From the NCBI GenBank assembly GCA_963741955.1, contig CAVUKB010000006.1, positions 320,001-384,000 of the forward strand: a stretch of DNA of 64,000 nucleotides, read 5' to 3'. Origin of the DNA: an uncultured Acidobacteriota bacterium (GTDB lineage Bacteria > Acidobacteriota > Thermoanaerobaculia > Gp7-AA8). The notes under the pieces are model-generated. The model searched no databases. It saw nothing but the letters and a program-made list of their open reading frames with translations, and was not told the DNA's origin. Shown here piece by piece: positions 50,296 to 60,115 of this stretch (the stretch's first letter is position 1; each line of letters opens with the position of its first letter). The position numbers were made by a program, and so were the translations under genes.

Positions 50296-50760
50296 ATGCC
50301 GGGAAAGCTCACCGCAATCTGGATCAAGCGCGCCAAGCGGGGACCGATGGATCCCGCAACCGCGGCCGTTCTGGTCGCGGGAGAGGGAATTCGCGGAAAC
50401 GCGGATCAGGGCGGCCGCCGGCAGGTGACGCTGATCGAGCGCGAGGTCTGGGAGACGTTGATGGAAGAGCTGGAGGGGACACTCGACCCTTCGGCACGGA
50501 GGGCCAACCTGATGCTCGAGGGGGTCTCGCTCGCCGAATCACGTGGAAAGCGGCTTCGGATCGGAGAATGCCTCCTGGAGATCGCCGGCGAGACCAAACC
50601 GTGCGAACGGATGGACGAGGCGCTCGAGGGACTGCAGGCCGCGATGTTTCCAGGGTGGCGCGGCGGCGCGTTCGCAAAGGTCCTCGAGGGGGGGATTCTC
50701 CGCCCCGGCGATTCTGCCCGGTGGGAGTCCGAGTCCGGGATCTCCGATTCCGAAAGCTGA
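50296..50760 (+). CDS. MOSC domain protein
   Basis: [35 protein letters not shown]. Confidence 0.9.
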   Translation: MPGKLTAIWIKRAKRGPMDPATAAVLVAGEGIRGNADQGGRRQVTLIEREVWETLMEELEGTLDPSARRANLMLEGVSLAESRGKRLRIGECLLEIAGETKPCERMDEALEGLQAAMFPGWRGGAFAKVLEGGILRPGDSARWESESGISDSES

Positions 50761-50910
50761 AGCCCGAAAACGGCTCTGCAGGAGTCCCGCTCGCGGCGCG
50801 CGCGGTGCACGGTGACCGAACACATACGTGACTGCTTCGTCACCGCGACATGACCCGTTTGGTGGGTCGCAAACGCTAACATTCAGATCCCGCCCCGTTG
50901 CGGTCACGCG

Positions 50911-51405
50911 ATGTCCACGTACGACTTCCAACAAACATCGATCAGGATGATTGCGCCTCGCTCGCTCGTCAGGCAGCGATGGGGATGGCTTTTCCCCGCC
51001 GCATTCGCCGCCCATGCGATGGAGGAGGTCGCGATGGACCTTCCCGGCTGGCTCTCGTCGCATCTGGGGAGGTCGATCTCCCCGCATGATTTCCTGATCC
51101 TGAGCACGATCTTCGTCGCGTTCTCCGCCGGAGGAGTGATTCTGGCCTGGGAAGTCGGCGGCGCCCGTTGGGTTCTCTCTTCGTTTGGAACGGTCCTTCT
51201 CGTCGCTGCATCGATCCACGTGGCCGAAGCGGCTGCGACAGGTGGTTACAGTCCGGGGCTCGGCACGGCCCTCGCCGCCCTTCCGCTCGGCACATTCGCC
51301 CTCTTCCGGATGCGCCGTCTGCTGCGACCGGTCACGTTCATCTTCTCCATCTTCTTCGGAATGCTCCTTTACGCAATCGCGACGACGCTCGTGATGGCGG
51401 CATAG
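50911..51405 (+). CDS. HXXEE-domain membrane protein
   Basis: AHAMEE and YSPGL motifs; hydrophobic; start uncertain. Confidence 0.75.
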   Translation: MSTYDFQQTSIRMIAPRSLVRQRWGWLFPAAFAAHAMEEVAMDLPGWLSSHLGRSISPHDFLILSTIFVAFSAGGVILAWEVGGARWVLSSFGTVLLVAASIHVAEAAATGGYSPGLGTALAALPLGTFALFRMRRLLRPVTFIFSIFFGMLLYAIATTLVMAA

Positions 51406-51583
51406 CCCGCATTTCTCACACCGTCTCGTCGCGAGGGGGCGGAGAGTGGCCTGGATGCAAGGCGCGCCCGGCTTCGGCAACGAAGGCATAGTGGTGACTA
51501 TGTCGAGGAGCCGAAGCAGGGCGCAACGCAGCAGACAGGCCGCTATCCGTCTTCGCAGCAGAGATGGTGTGAGAAATGCGGGC
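51405..51583. mobile_element. MITE family A inserted in a TAG stop codon
   Basis: Same TIRs as 11390 and 13330; TA at 51403-51404 and 51584-51585. Confidence 0.92.
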
Positions 51584-51622
51584 TAGACTCGCTCCACGCT
51601 CCGCCGGAATCGCCCTGAAGCG

Positions 51623-51653
51623 AAAAAACCCACCGGCGTTCCCGCCAGTGGGG
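51623..51653 (-). terminator. Intrinsic terminator downstream of icd
   Basis: Minus strand cccactggcg-ggaa-cgccggtggg followed by U6. Confidence 0.8.
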
Positions 51654-51677
51654 GGTCAGGTCTGCAGGATGATGTAG

Positions 51678-52937
<1,260 letters not shown>

Positions 52938-53152
52938 CGCGTTCACCTTTCGAGGATGAAATTGGTCTGAGGCCGGACGAGGATTCGAGCACGGACTCGG
53001 GCGACGGCGCGATTCGGCGAACACTGCCGATCCCCACCGGCCCGGGGAAGCGACTCGATCGTTCCTGCAGGACGTCGTCGAGAGACTCCGTATCCGGAAA
53101 AGACTTTAGACCGAAAGGGGCGAGCGGCGCAATTGAACGCCGACCGCCGCAG

Positions 53153-54055
53153 TCAACGCGCGCGCTTTCGCTTCCTTTTCATCAACGATCGCAACACGCC
53201 GAGGTTTTGCAGATCGAGCTCGTTCGAATCGCCCTTCGGCGTCTCCAGGACCTTCGGAATCCCGCGGAATCGGGGATCGTTGAGCAGCAGCTCGAACGCG
53301 GCGGTACCGATCTCACCCTCGCCGATGTGATGGTGGCGGTCGACACGCGAGCAGAGCCCCTTCTTCGAGTCATTCAGGTGGAATGCCCCGACGTTCTCGA
53401 GCCCGACGTGCTCGGTCAGCGCGTCGATGGTGCGCTCGTAGCCGTCGCGGGTCCGGATCTCGTAGCCCGACGCGAAGACGTGGCAGGTATCGAAACAGAC
53501 GCCGACGCGTGACGGATGATCGACGAGGCGCAGCATCCGTCCGAGCTCCTCGAATGTGCATCCGACCGACGAGCCCTGCCCGGCGGAGGTCTCGAGGAGC
53601 GTCACCACCTCGCAATCCGGCATCGACGCGTGAACGTCGTCGAGCGAGCGGGCGATCTGATCGATCCCGGCATCGACTCCGGCTCCCATGTGTGCTCCCG
53701 GATGAAGAACGACGGCGAAGAGCCCGAGCTGCGCTGCGCGCGTGAGCTCGTCCTTCAACGCCGCGACCGACTTCCGGTGGAACTCCGGATTCGTGGTCGC
53801 GAGGTTGATCAGGTAGGCCGCGTGGGAGAAGACCGCGCCGACCGCGGGCGCCTTCGCCCGTTCATCGGCGAAAACGCGGAGGTGCTCGTCGGTGAAAGGC
53901 TTCGCGTTCCACTGGTTCGAGTTCTTGGTGAAGAGAGCGACCGCCGTCGCACCCACTTCGACGGCTCGCCCGAAGACGGTGTGCACGCCACCTTTGGTCG
54001 AGATGTGTGCGCCGATCAGATCAGACGAGGTATCCGGAAAACGGAGTCGAGTCAT
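53153..54055 (-). CDS. nfo: Endonuclease IV
   Basis: GAHIS, HAAYLINL, HPG, DTCH, HLNDSK, DRH, LETP. Confidence 0.95.
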   Translation of the reverse strand: MTRLRFPDTSSDLIGAHISTKGGVHTVFGRAVEVGATAVALFTKNSNQWNAKPFTDEHLRVFADERAKAPAVGAVFSHAAYLINLATTNPEFHRKSVAALKDELTRAAQLGLFAVVLHPGAHMGAGVDAGIDQIARSLDDVHASMPDCEVVTLLETSAGQGSSVGCTFEELGRMLRLVDHPSRVGVCFDTCHVFASGYEIRTRDGYERTIDALTEHVGLENVGAFHLNDSKKGLCSRVDRHHHIGEGEIGTAAFELLLNDPRFRGIPKVLETPKGDSNELDLQNLGVLRSLMKRKRKRAR

Positions 54056-54112
54056 CGAAGAATCTGAAACCAGCTGCGGAGTTCCAACAATCCCCCCCGG
54101 AAGCCTGCACGA

Positions 54113-55138
54113 TCACCGCGGCAATCTGAAGTTCACGGTCACCGTGTAGTAGACGTCGATCGGCTCTCCCTGCCACGTCGCCGGGCGGAACCGCCACCGT
54201 CCAACTGCTTCTCGTGCGGCCTCACCGAGGCCGTAAGGGAGATCGCGAAGGATGTCGACATTGTCGACTCTTCCGTCGCGCCTGATCACCGCACGCAGAA
54301 CGACTGTCCCTTCGATGCCCGCGCGCTGGGCCGCGTAGGGGTATCGGGGCATGACCCGATCGAGAAGCTCGGGCTGCGTCCCTCCGGGAGGGACCGCGGG
54401 ATACACGCCATAGCGGTTCGGCTCCATTCCCGGGGGCGGTGTGGGAGTCGTTTCCGCGGAAGGAGGAGCGGTTTCGGCCGGCTCGGCGGCGGTCGTTCCT
54501 TCCGTCTCGATTCCCGATTCCATCGAGGTCGACGTCTCGGGAGCGACTGCCACGCGGGCGTTTCCCTCGGTGGCGGAAAGGTCGACTGCGTCGACGCTGA
54601 CGTACGCAACGTGACCCGAGCTGGTGATTGCAAAGAAGTCGTGGTCCCGGGTGTAGACGCTCACCTTCTCTCCCCGGTCGAGGCTCCCGATGGCGGGGTA
54701 GAACTCGCCGGGACCGGAATAAAGAGGCGTCTCCTTCTCGACCACTCCCTCCAGAGGAGGAAGCTTCAGGATGCTTTCGTTACGTGCAATGCGGCGCGCG
54801 TGGTCCTGCGGAACTTCGAGCGAGCTCCGCTCGGTCCAGCCGGTGATTCCCTTCTCATTCCGGACCCGGGCCCAGGCTCCCTCCTCCGAGACGAGTTGCA
54901 TCTTCTCTCCCTGAACGGCGGTAGTGAGAACCGGGGCTTTCGGGTCGGGTTTGGTACGGATCTTCAGTTTCAACGGAATGACGTACAGCTCATTCGTCGC
55001 GACCGGCTGTTCCGTCTCCGGCGGTTTCCCGCTGCTGATCAGAAGAAGCGTCAGAATCGTGAGAAACACGATCGCCAGCACGATGATCACCAGAATCCCG
55101 CGCTTGCTCGCTTCTGATGGGCTCGGGGTCTCGGACAT
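54113..55138 (-). CDS. TonB C-terminal domain protein with SH3b domains
   Basis: N-terminal TM, two SH3b-like repeats, YPYAAQRAGIEGTV...WRFRPA...VNF. Confidence 0.88.
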   Translation of the reverse strand: MSETPSPSEASKRGILVIIVLAIVFLTILTLLLISSGKPPETEQPVATNELYVIPLKLKIRTKPDPKAPVLTTAVQGEKMQLVSEEGAWARVRNEKGITGWTERSSLEVPQDHARRIARNESILKLPPLEGVVEKETPLYSGPGEFYPAIGSLDRGEKVSVYTRDHDFFAITSSGHVAYVSVDAVDLSATEGNARVAVAPETSTSMESGIETEGTTAAEPAETAPPSAETTPTPPPGMEPNRYGVYPAVPPGGTQPELLDRVMPRYPYAAQRAGIEGTVVLRAVIRRDGRVDNVDILRDLPYGLGEAAREAVGRWRFRPATWQGEPIDVYYTVTVNFRLPR

Positions 55139-55144
55139 CGGGTC

Positions 55145-56080
55145 TCAGGCTCCGCGCTTCCGATCTTTCATCAGCAGATAGAGAACCGCCTTCTGGACGT
55201 GCAGCCGGTTCTCGGCTTCATCGAAGATGACGGACTGCGGGCCGTCGACGACCTCCGCCGCCACTTCCTCTCCGCGATGCGCCGGAAGGCAGTGCATGAA
55301 GATCGCGCTCTTCTTCGCCCGCGCCATCGCCTTCGCGTCGACTTGCCATCCTTCGAAATCGCGGCGGCGCTTTTCGGCCTCACCCTCCTGACCCATCGAC
55401 GCCCATACGTCGGTCTCGACGATGTCGGCATCGCTGACCGCCTCGTCGACGGAGTTGGTGAGAGTCACCTTCGTTCCGGCGGAATCGGCATCGGCCTGTG
55501 CCGTGGCGACGACTGCGGGATCGGGCTCGTACCCTTTCGGAGTGGCGATGGCGATGTCCATTCCGACCTTCGAGGCACCGAACATGAGCGAGTGCGCCAT
55601 GTTGTTTCCGTCGCCGACCCAGGCGATCTTCCGTCCCTTCAGGGATCCGAGCTTTTCGGTGGCAGTGAAGTAGTCGGTCAGACCCTGACAGGGGTGGAGC
55701 AGATCCGTCAGGCCGTTGATCACCGGCACCGACGCGTACTCGGCGAGGTCGGTGACCGTCTTGTGCGCGAACGTTCGCGCCATGATCGCGTCGATGTAGC
55801 GGGAGAGGACCTTCGCAGTGTCGTAGATCGTCTCGCCGCGACCGAGCTGGATGTCTCGCGACGAGAGAAAGAGGGCGTGACCTCCGAGCTGGAACATTCC
55901 GACTTCGAAAGAGACGCGGGTTCGGGTGGACGACTTCTCGAAGATCATGGCCAGACTTTTTCCGGCCAGGGAAGTGGTGTACTTCCCGGGACTCTGTTTC
56001 ATGTCCTTCGCCACTTCGAAAACGCGGGCGACGTCATCGGCGCTGTAGTCGTGGATGGAAATCAGATCTTTGTGTTTCAA
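55145..56080 (-). CDS. argF: Ornithine carbamoyltransferase
   Basis: SSTRTRVSF, HPCQ, GDGNN, WASMG, HCLP, EAENR. Confidence 0.96.
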   Translation of the reverse strand: MKHKDLISIHDYSADDVARVFEVAKDMKQSPGKYTTSLAGKSLAMIFEKSSTRTRVSFEVGMFQLGGHALFLSSRDIQLGRGETIYDTAKVLSRYIDAIMARTFAHKTVTDLAEYASVPVINGLTDLLHPCQGLTDYFTATEKLGSLKGRKIAWVGDGNNMAHSLMFGASKVGMDIAIATPKGYEPDPAVVATAQADADSAGTKVTLTNSVDEAVSDADIVETDVWASMGQEGEAEKRRRDFEGWQVDAKAMARAKKSAIFMHCLPAHRGEEVAAEVVDGPQSVIFDEAENRLHVQKAVLYLLMKDRKRGA

Positions 56081-56300
56081 GATTTACCTCTCGAGCGTTT
56101 CAGTCGGCGCATTCTATTACGAGTTCGACATGCGGACCGGCTCGATGGTTTCGGATTGCCCGATCGCGATTAGAATCGGCCTGCAAAGTGTTATCCATGC
56201 GGGAGTCGTTCCCCGGGCAGGACCCGGAACGGCCCTGCCGGAGAACGACGAAAGGTTCGTTCGAGCCGGTGACGGGTGATCTTCCGGGAGGAGAGAAGGA

Positions 56301-56795
56301 ATGTCGGAGAGGGAAGCATTGATCGGGCGGTACGAACGAGGGGCGGAACTGATTCTCGAGGCTCTCGAGCGGGTTCCGGGGGAAGCCCGGATGTGGCGTC
56401 CGGAAGAAGGACGCTGGTCGGTTCACGAGGTGGTGTGGCATTGTGCGGACGCAGAGCTGGTCGGGGCATCACGGCTCCGCTATCTGCTCGCCGAACCGAA
56501 TCCGATTCTCATCGCCTTCGATCAGGACCTCTGGGCGACGGTACTCGACTACCACGCGCTTCCGATCGAGACCGCTCTCGAAACTCTGCAGGCGGTGCGC
56601 AGATCGACCGTCGCCATCCTTCGAAACCTTCCGGACGACGCGTTCGGCCGGGAAGGGCGTCACACCGAGGTCGGCCCCATGACCGTGCTCCAGTGGCTCG
56701 AGAGCTACGCCGGTCACCTCGAGGATCATGCCCGTCAGATCGAACGGAATCTCGAAGCGTGGAACAAGGGACCGGAGATGGTCGCGAGCGCGTAG
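56301..56795 (+). CDS. DinB-family protein
   Basis: WSVHEVVWH and HLEDHARQI. Confidence 0.88.
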   Translation: MSEREALIGRYERGAELILEALERVPGEARMWRPEEGRWSVHEVVWHCADAELVGASRLRYLLAEPNPILIAFDQDLWATVLDYHALPIETALETLQAVRRSTVAILRNLPDDAFGREGRHTEVGPMTVLQWLESYAGHLEDHARQIERNLEAWNKGPEMVASA

Positions 56796-56816
56796 CCCCT
56801 CCGAAACCATCCGGGC

Positions 56817-57575
56817 TCACGCTCGGGCCCAGAGCTTCCGTTCCTGCCGCACCGCGCCCTCCTCCTCGAGATGCGTCAGATGCGCGCGAAGCTGCAGCTC
56901 TGCGGCCCGCTCGAGCCGCGGGTCGAGCTCGGGATAGACCGCTCTGCGGAGTGACGAAACCGAAGCCGGTCCGCCTCTGAGCGTCTCGAGAATCTGGTTC
57001 TCCCGTTCCCTCCGGTGCTCGATGTACCAACGGATCCATAGCGTCGCGTCGTCGCGGGTCGGCCCGTGTCCCGGATAGATCCGCGCCGGATTCCTCCCCA
57101 GGAGCTTCTCGAGCGAAGCGAGATAGCTTCCCATGTGGCCGTCCGGTGGGAAGATCACCGTCGTTCCCTCGCCGAGAATCGTGTCGCCGGTGAAAAGCTC
57201 TCCGCCGGAGCCGAGGAAGCAGAAGTGCTCTGCGGTGTGCCCGGGCGTGGCGATTGCCTCCAGCGTCAACGACCCGGCGACGATGTGATCTCCATCCTGG
57301 AGGGCGTGATCGATCGCGGCCGGCTGAAGCGATTCGGCCGGTGCGTACACCCGTGCTCCGGTGCGCTCGCGGAGGGCCACCGCGCCCGGAGCGTGGTCGC
57401 CGTGACGGTGCGTGACGAGGATCGATTCCAGTCGCGGCGCCTTCCGGAGGATCGCGTCGAGATGGGAGTCGATCACCGGGCCGGGATCGATCACCGCAAC
57501 GCCGTCGATGATGTAGCTGCGGGTTCCGTCGAGAGTGAACGGGCCGGGATTCGGGGCGGTGATGCTCTCGATCAT
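56817..57575 (-). CDS. MBL-fold metallo-hydrolase
   Basis: APNPGPFTLDGT, THRHGDH, TPGHT, FTGD, PGHG; ATGA overlap with the NUDIX gene. Confidence 0.92.
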   Translation of the reverse strand: MIESITAPNPGPFTLDGTRSYIIDGVAVIDPGPVIDSHLDAILRKAPRLESILVTHRHGDHAPGAVALRERTGARVYAPAESLQPAAIDHALQDGDHIVAGSLTLEAIATPGHTAEHFCFLGSGGELFTGDTILGEGTTVIFPPDGHMGSYLASLEKLLGRNPARIYPGHGPTRDDATLWIRWYIEHRRERENQILETLRGGPASVSSLRRAVYPELDPRLERAAELQLRAHLTHLEEEGAVRQERKLWARA

Positions 57576-58312
57576 GACTCCTCGTCCGGAAGGACGATCC
57601 TGCGATTCCTGCCGTCGATGACCAGCCGCGGTCGGGTCACCGGAACGGTTGCGCCTCGCCTCGCCTCCAGGAGCTCGGCGGCGGAGCGGAATCCGCGGAT
57701 CGCTTCGAGATTCCGGATGGTCGGAAAGACCATCGGCATCTCGCCCCGTTCGCAACGCTGCAGCGCTTCGTCGGGAGTGGCCCAACGGAGCTCGACGACC
57801 TCCCCTTCCTGTGGCGACTCCGCGGTCGGTCCGTCGCACGCCGCGAGAAAGAACCAGGTGTCGTACCGCTTCGGAATCCCTGCGGGAGTGACCCATCGGG
57901 AGGTGAAGACGAGCCTTCCGGCGGCCTCACGCAGATCGTCCGTTCGCGCCCCGAGCGTCTGCTGGCGCCGTATCAGTCCGTCGCGCATCGCGTCGGAGTC
58001 GGGCATGTGGCATCCGAGCCAGATCCCCGCCTCTTCGAAGAGCTCGCGGATGCCGCAGATCTTCATCGTCAGGAGCTCGATCTCTCCTCCGATCTCCGCC
58101 GCGACTGCACGATCAGCCTCGTCCACTGCGCCGCCGGGGAAGACCCAGGCACCTGGAACGAAGCTGCTCTCGGCCGGCCGGCGCATGAAGAGGATCTCGA
58201 ATGGATCTCCGCGAAGCAGGAGAACGCTGGCCGCGGGGAGTGGCACGACCTCGTCTGAACCGCGGCCTGCACCGCGGGGGAGTTCTCGTTCCGTGACGTC
58301 GTGATCGGACAT
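57572..58312 (-). CDS. NUDIX hydrolase
   Basis: VFPGG...RELFEEAGI, WVTP..IPKRYDT. Confidence 0.9.
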   Translation of the reverse strand: MSDHDVTERELPRGAGRGSDEVVPLPAASVLLLRGDPFEILFMRRPAESSFVPGAWVFPGGAVDEADRAVAAEIGGEIELLTMKICGIRELFEEAGIWLGCHMPDSDAMRDGLIRRQQTLGARTDDLREAAGRLVFTSRWVTPAGIPKRYDTWFFLAACDGPTAESPQEGEVVELRWATPDEALQRCERGEMPMVFPTIRNLEAIRGFRSAAELLEARRGATVPVTRPRLVIDGRNRRIVLPDEES

Positions 58313-58397
58313 GCGTGCGGAGGATGTGGATCGAAGCCTTTCGGTCGTTCTGAGTATCTGCGATGCGAGTGAGCCGTGTCGAGCTGCGCCGGAAATG

Positions 58398-58826
58398 TCA
58401 GATCTTCTCGCCGGGAGCGTTCTGCATCCCGACCCAGATCTCCCCTTCCGGCGTTCGTTCTTTCTTCCAGATCGGGACGGTCCGTTTGACCTCGTCGATG
58501 AGCTCGCGGCAGGCGGCGAACGCGTCCGCCCGATGCGGCGAAACGCAGACGATGACGATCGAAGCCTCTCCGACGCGGATCTCGCCGAGCCGGTGCACGA
58601 GCGTGGAGCGTACTTCCGGATGGCGGCCGCTCACCGTCCGGACGATCCTGTCGATCTCCTTTTCTGCCATCGGCCGATAGCATTCGTAGAAGATCGATTC
58701 GACGTCATGACCTTCGTGACGGTTGCGCACCACTCCTTCGAAGAGCGCCACCGCGCCATCGGAATCGCGCAGAACGGACTGGACCAGCGCGTCGCGGTCG
58801 ATCCGTTCGTCGCTCAGCCACGGCAT
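58398..58826 (-). CDS. moaE: Molybdopterin synthase catalytic subunit
   Basis: FEGVVR, HRLG, HRADAF, VPIWKKE. Confidence 0.95.
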   Translation of the reverse strand: MPWLSDERIDRDALVQSVLRDSDGAVALFEGVVRNRHEGHDVESIFYECYRPMAEKEIDRIVRTVSGRHPEVRSTLVHRLGEIRVGEASIVIVCVSPHRADAFAACRELIDEVKRTVPIWKKERTPEGEIWVGMQNAPGEKI

Positions 58827-59074
58827 CAGTGACCTCCGGAGACCGGCGGAATGAACGCGACCTCGTCGCCGTCGTGCAACTCCGTTCCGGCCGGTTCGTA
58901 GTTCTGGTTTACCGCGACCATCGGCGGCGACTGGAAACGCCCGAGATCGGGAAACTCCGAGAGGAGGTCACGCCAGAGATCGGAGGCGCGGCTCCCGTCC
59001 GGAAGGTCACGGTCGATCTCGTCGCGGCCGACGATGTCCCGGAGAATGGCGAACAGAAGGATCCGAACTTTCAT
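58826..59074 (-). CDS. moaD: Molybdopterin synthase sulfur carrier
   Basis: AVNQNY, DGDEVAFIPPVSGG followed by one extra His. Confidence 0.9.
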   Translation of the reverse strand: MKVRILLFAILRDIVGRDEIDRDLPDGSRASDLWRDLLSEFPDLGRFQSPPMVAVNQNYEPAGTELHDGDEVAFIPPVSGGH

Positions 59075-59126
59075 CACGTTGATGCGAGTGCGGGATCGGA
59101 GCCCGGAGTGCGCGGCCCGCGTTCCC

Positions 59127-59705
59127 TCACGCTGAAGCCGCAGCAGAACCGGCGAGTCCGAGCTCGTCCGCTCGACTGCAGAGAGCGTTGAGAACGAATT
59201 CGATGTGACGTTCGAGATCGACGCCGAGCTCGCGCGCCCCCTCGTAGATGTCGTCCCGATTCACGCTCCGGGCGAAGGCCTTGTCCTTCAATTTCTTGCG
59301 CACGGAAGAGACTTTCACGTCCCGGATCGACCGCGACGGTTGCACGAGAGCGCAGGCGGTGAGGAATCCGCAGAGCTCGTCACACGCGAAGAGCGCCCGG
59401 GCCATGTCGGTGTCGCGCGGGACGCCGGTGTAGGTCGCGTGGGAGAGGATCGCCCGGCGCAAAGTCTCGTCGAAACCGTTCTCCTCGAGAATCTTCGACC
59501 CGACGAACGGATGCTGGTCGGGCGCCGGATAACGCTCGTAATCGAAATCGTGGAGGAGGCCGGCCATCCCCCACTTCTCCGGGTCTCCGCCCATCTCCGC
59601 GGCATACGCGCGCATGGCCTGTTCGACGGCGAGAGCATGCTTCCGGAGAGATTCGGATTGGGTGTACTGCTGAAGAATGGCGAGTGCTTCGTCGCGGCTC
59701 TTCAT
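59127..59705 (-). CDS. HD-domain (HDIG) hydrolase
   Basis: LRKHALAVE, GLLHDFDYE, ACDELCG, KDKAFA. Confidence 0.9.
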   Translation of the reverse strand: MKSRDEALAILQQYTQSESLRKHALAVEQAMRAYAAEMGGDPEKWGMAGLLHDFDYERYPAPDQHPFVGSKILEENGFDETLRRAILSHATYTGVPRDTDMARALFACDELCGFLTACALVQPSRSIRDVKVSSVRKKLKDKAFARSVNRDDIYEGARELGVDLERHIEFVLNALCSRADELGLAGSAAASA

Positions 59706-59782
59706 GACGGACGATTATACGTATGTCGAGGAAGCCGTGGATCGTTGACCGACGTGGCCCGGAACGTGCAGATCCGACGGCC

Positions 59783-60002
59783 ATGACGAGAAGGCTCTCG
59801 GAGACGGTTTCGGGGGCTAATCTGCGCGGATCCTGCCTTCTCGTTCGCGCCAAGTGGCTGCTGCGGTCCCGCAAAGTGAATTGGACCGATTTGGACGAAA
59901 GTTCTTTTAGAGACGCTTCCTAGAACCCTTCCTACTTGCCGCAGGGGCCCAGAGACTCGTCGCAGGAAACCCCGCACTGGAAACGGTGCGGGGTGTTTTT
60001 TT
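59783..60002 (+). ncRNA. Candidate structured small RNA upstream of polA, unconfirmed
   Basis: End pairing GACGAG/CTCGTC, inner CGGTCC/GGACCG stem, ending in a strong + strand terminator. Confidence 0.45.
59969..60002 (+). terminator. Intrinsic terminator
   Basis: ACCCCGCACTG-GAAA-CGGTGCGGGGT, then G and T7. Confidence 0.88.
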
Positions 60003-60115
60003 CTCGCGGCAGTGCGACGCGGCGCACCGCGAGAGCGTGACAGCATCCCGACCAGCGCCGCATTGCGAATCCGCTTCCGAAAACGCGGTCGATGATCCGG
60101 GGTAGAATCGCCCAC

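Noticed and set aside
59800-59960. tmRNA, RNase P, SRP or c-di-GMP riboswitch
   Set aside because: It lacks the tmRNA acceptor/T-arm ends, the GAGGAAAGTCC core of RNase P and recognisable SRP or riboswitch consensus; kept only as an unassigned candidate.
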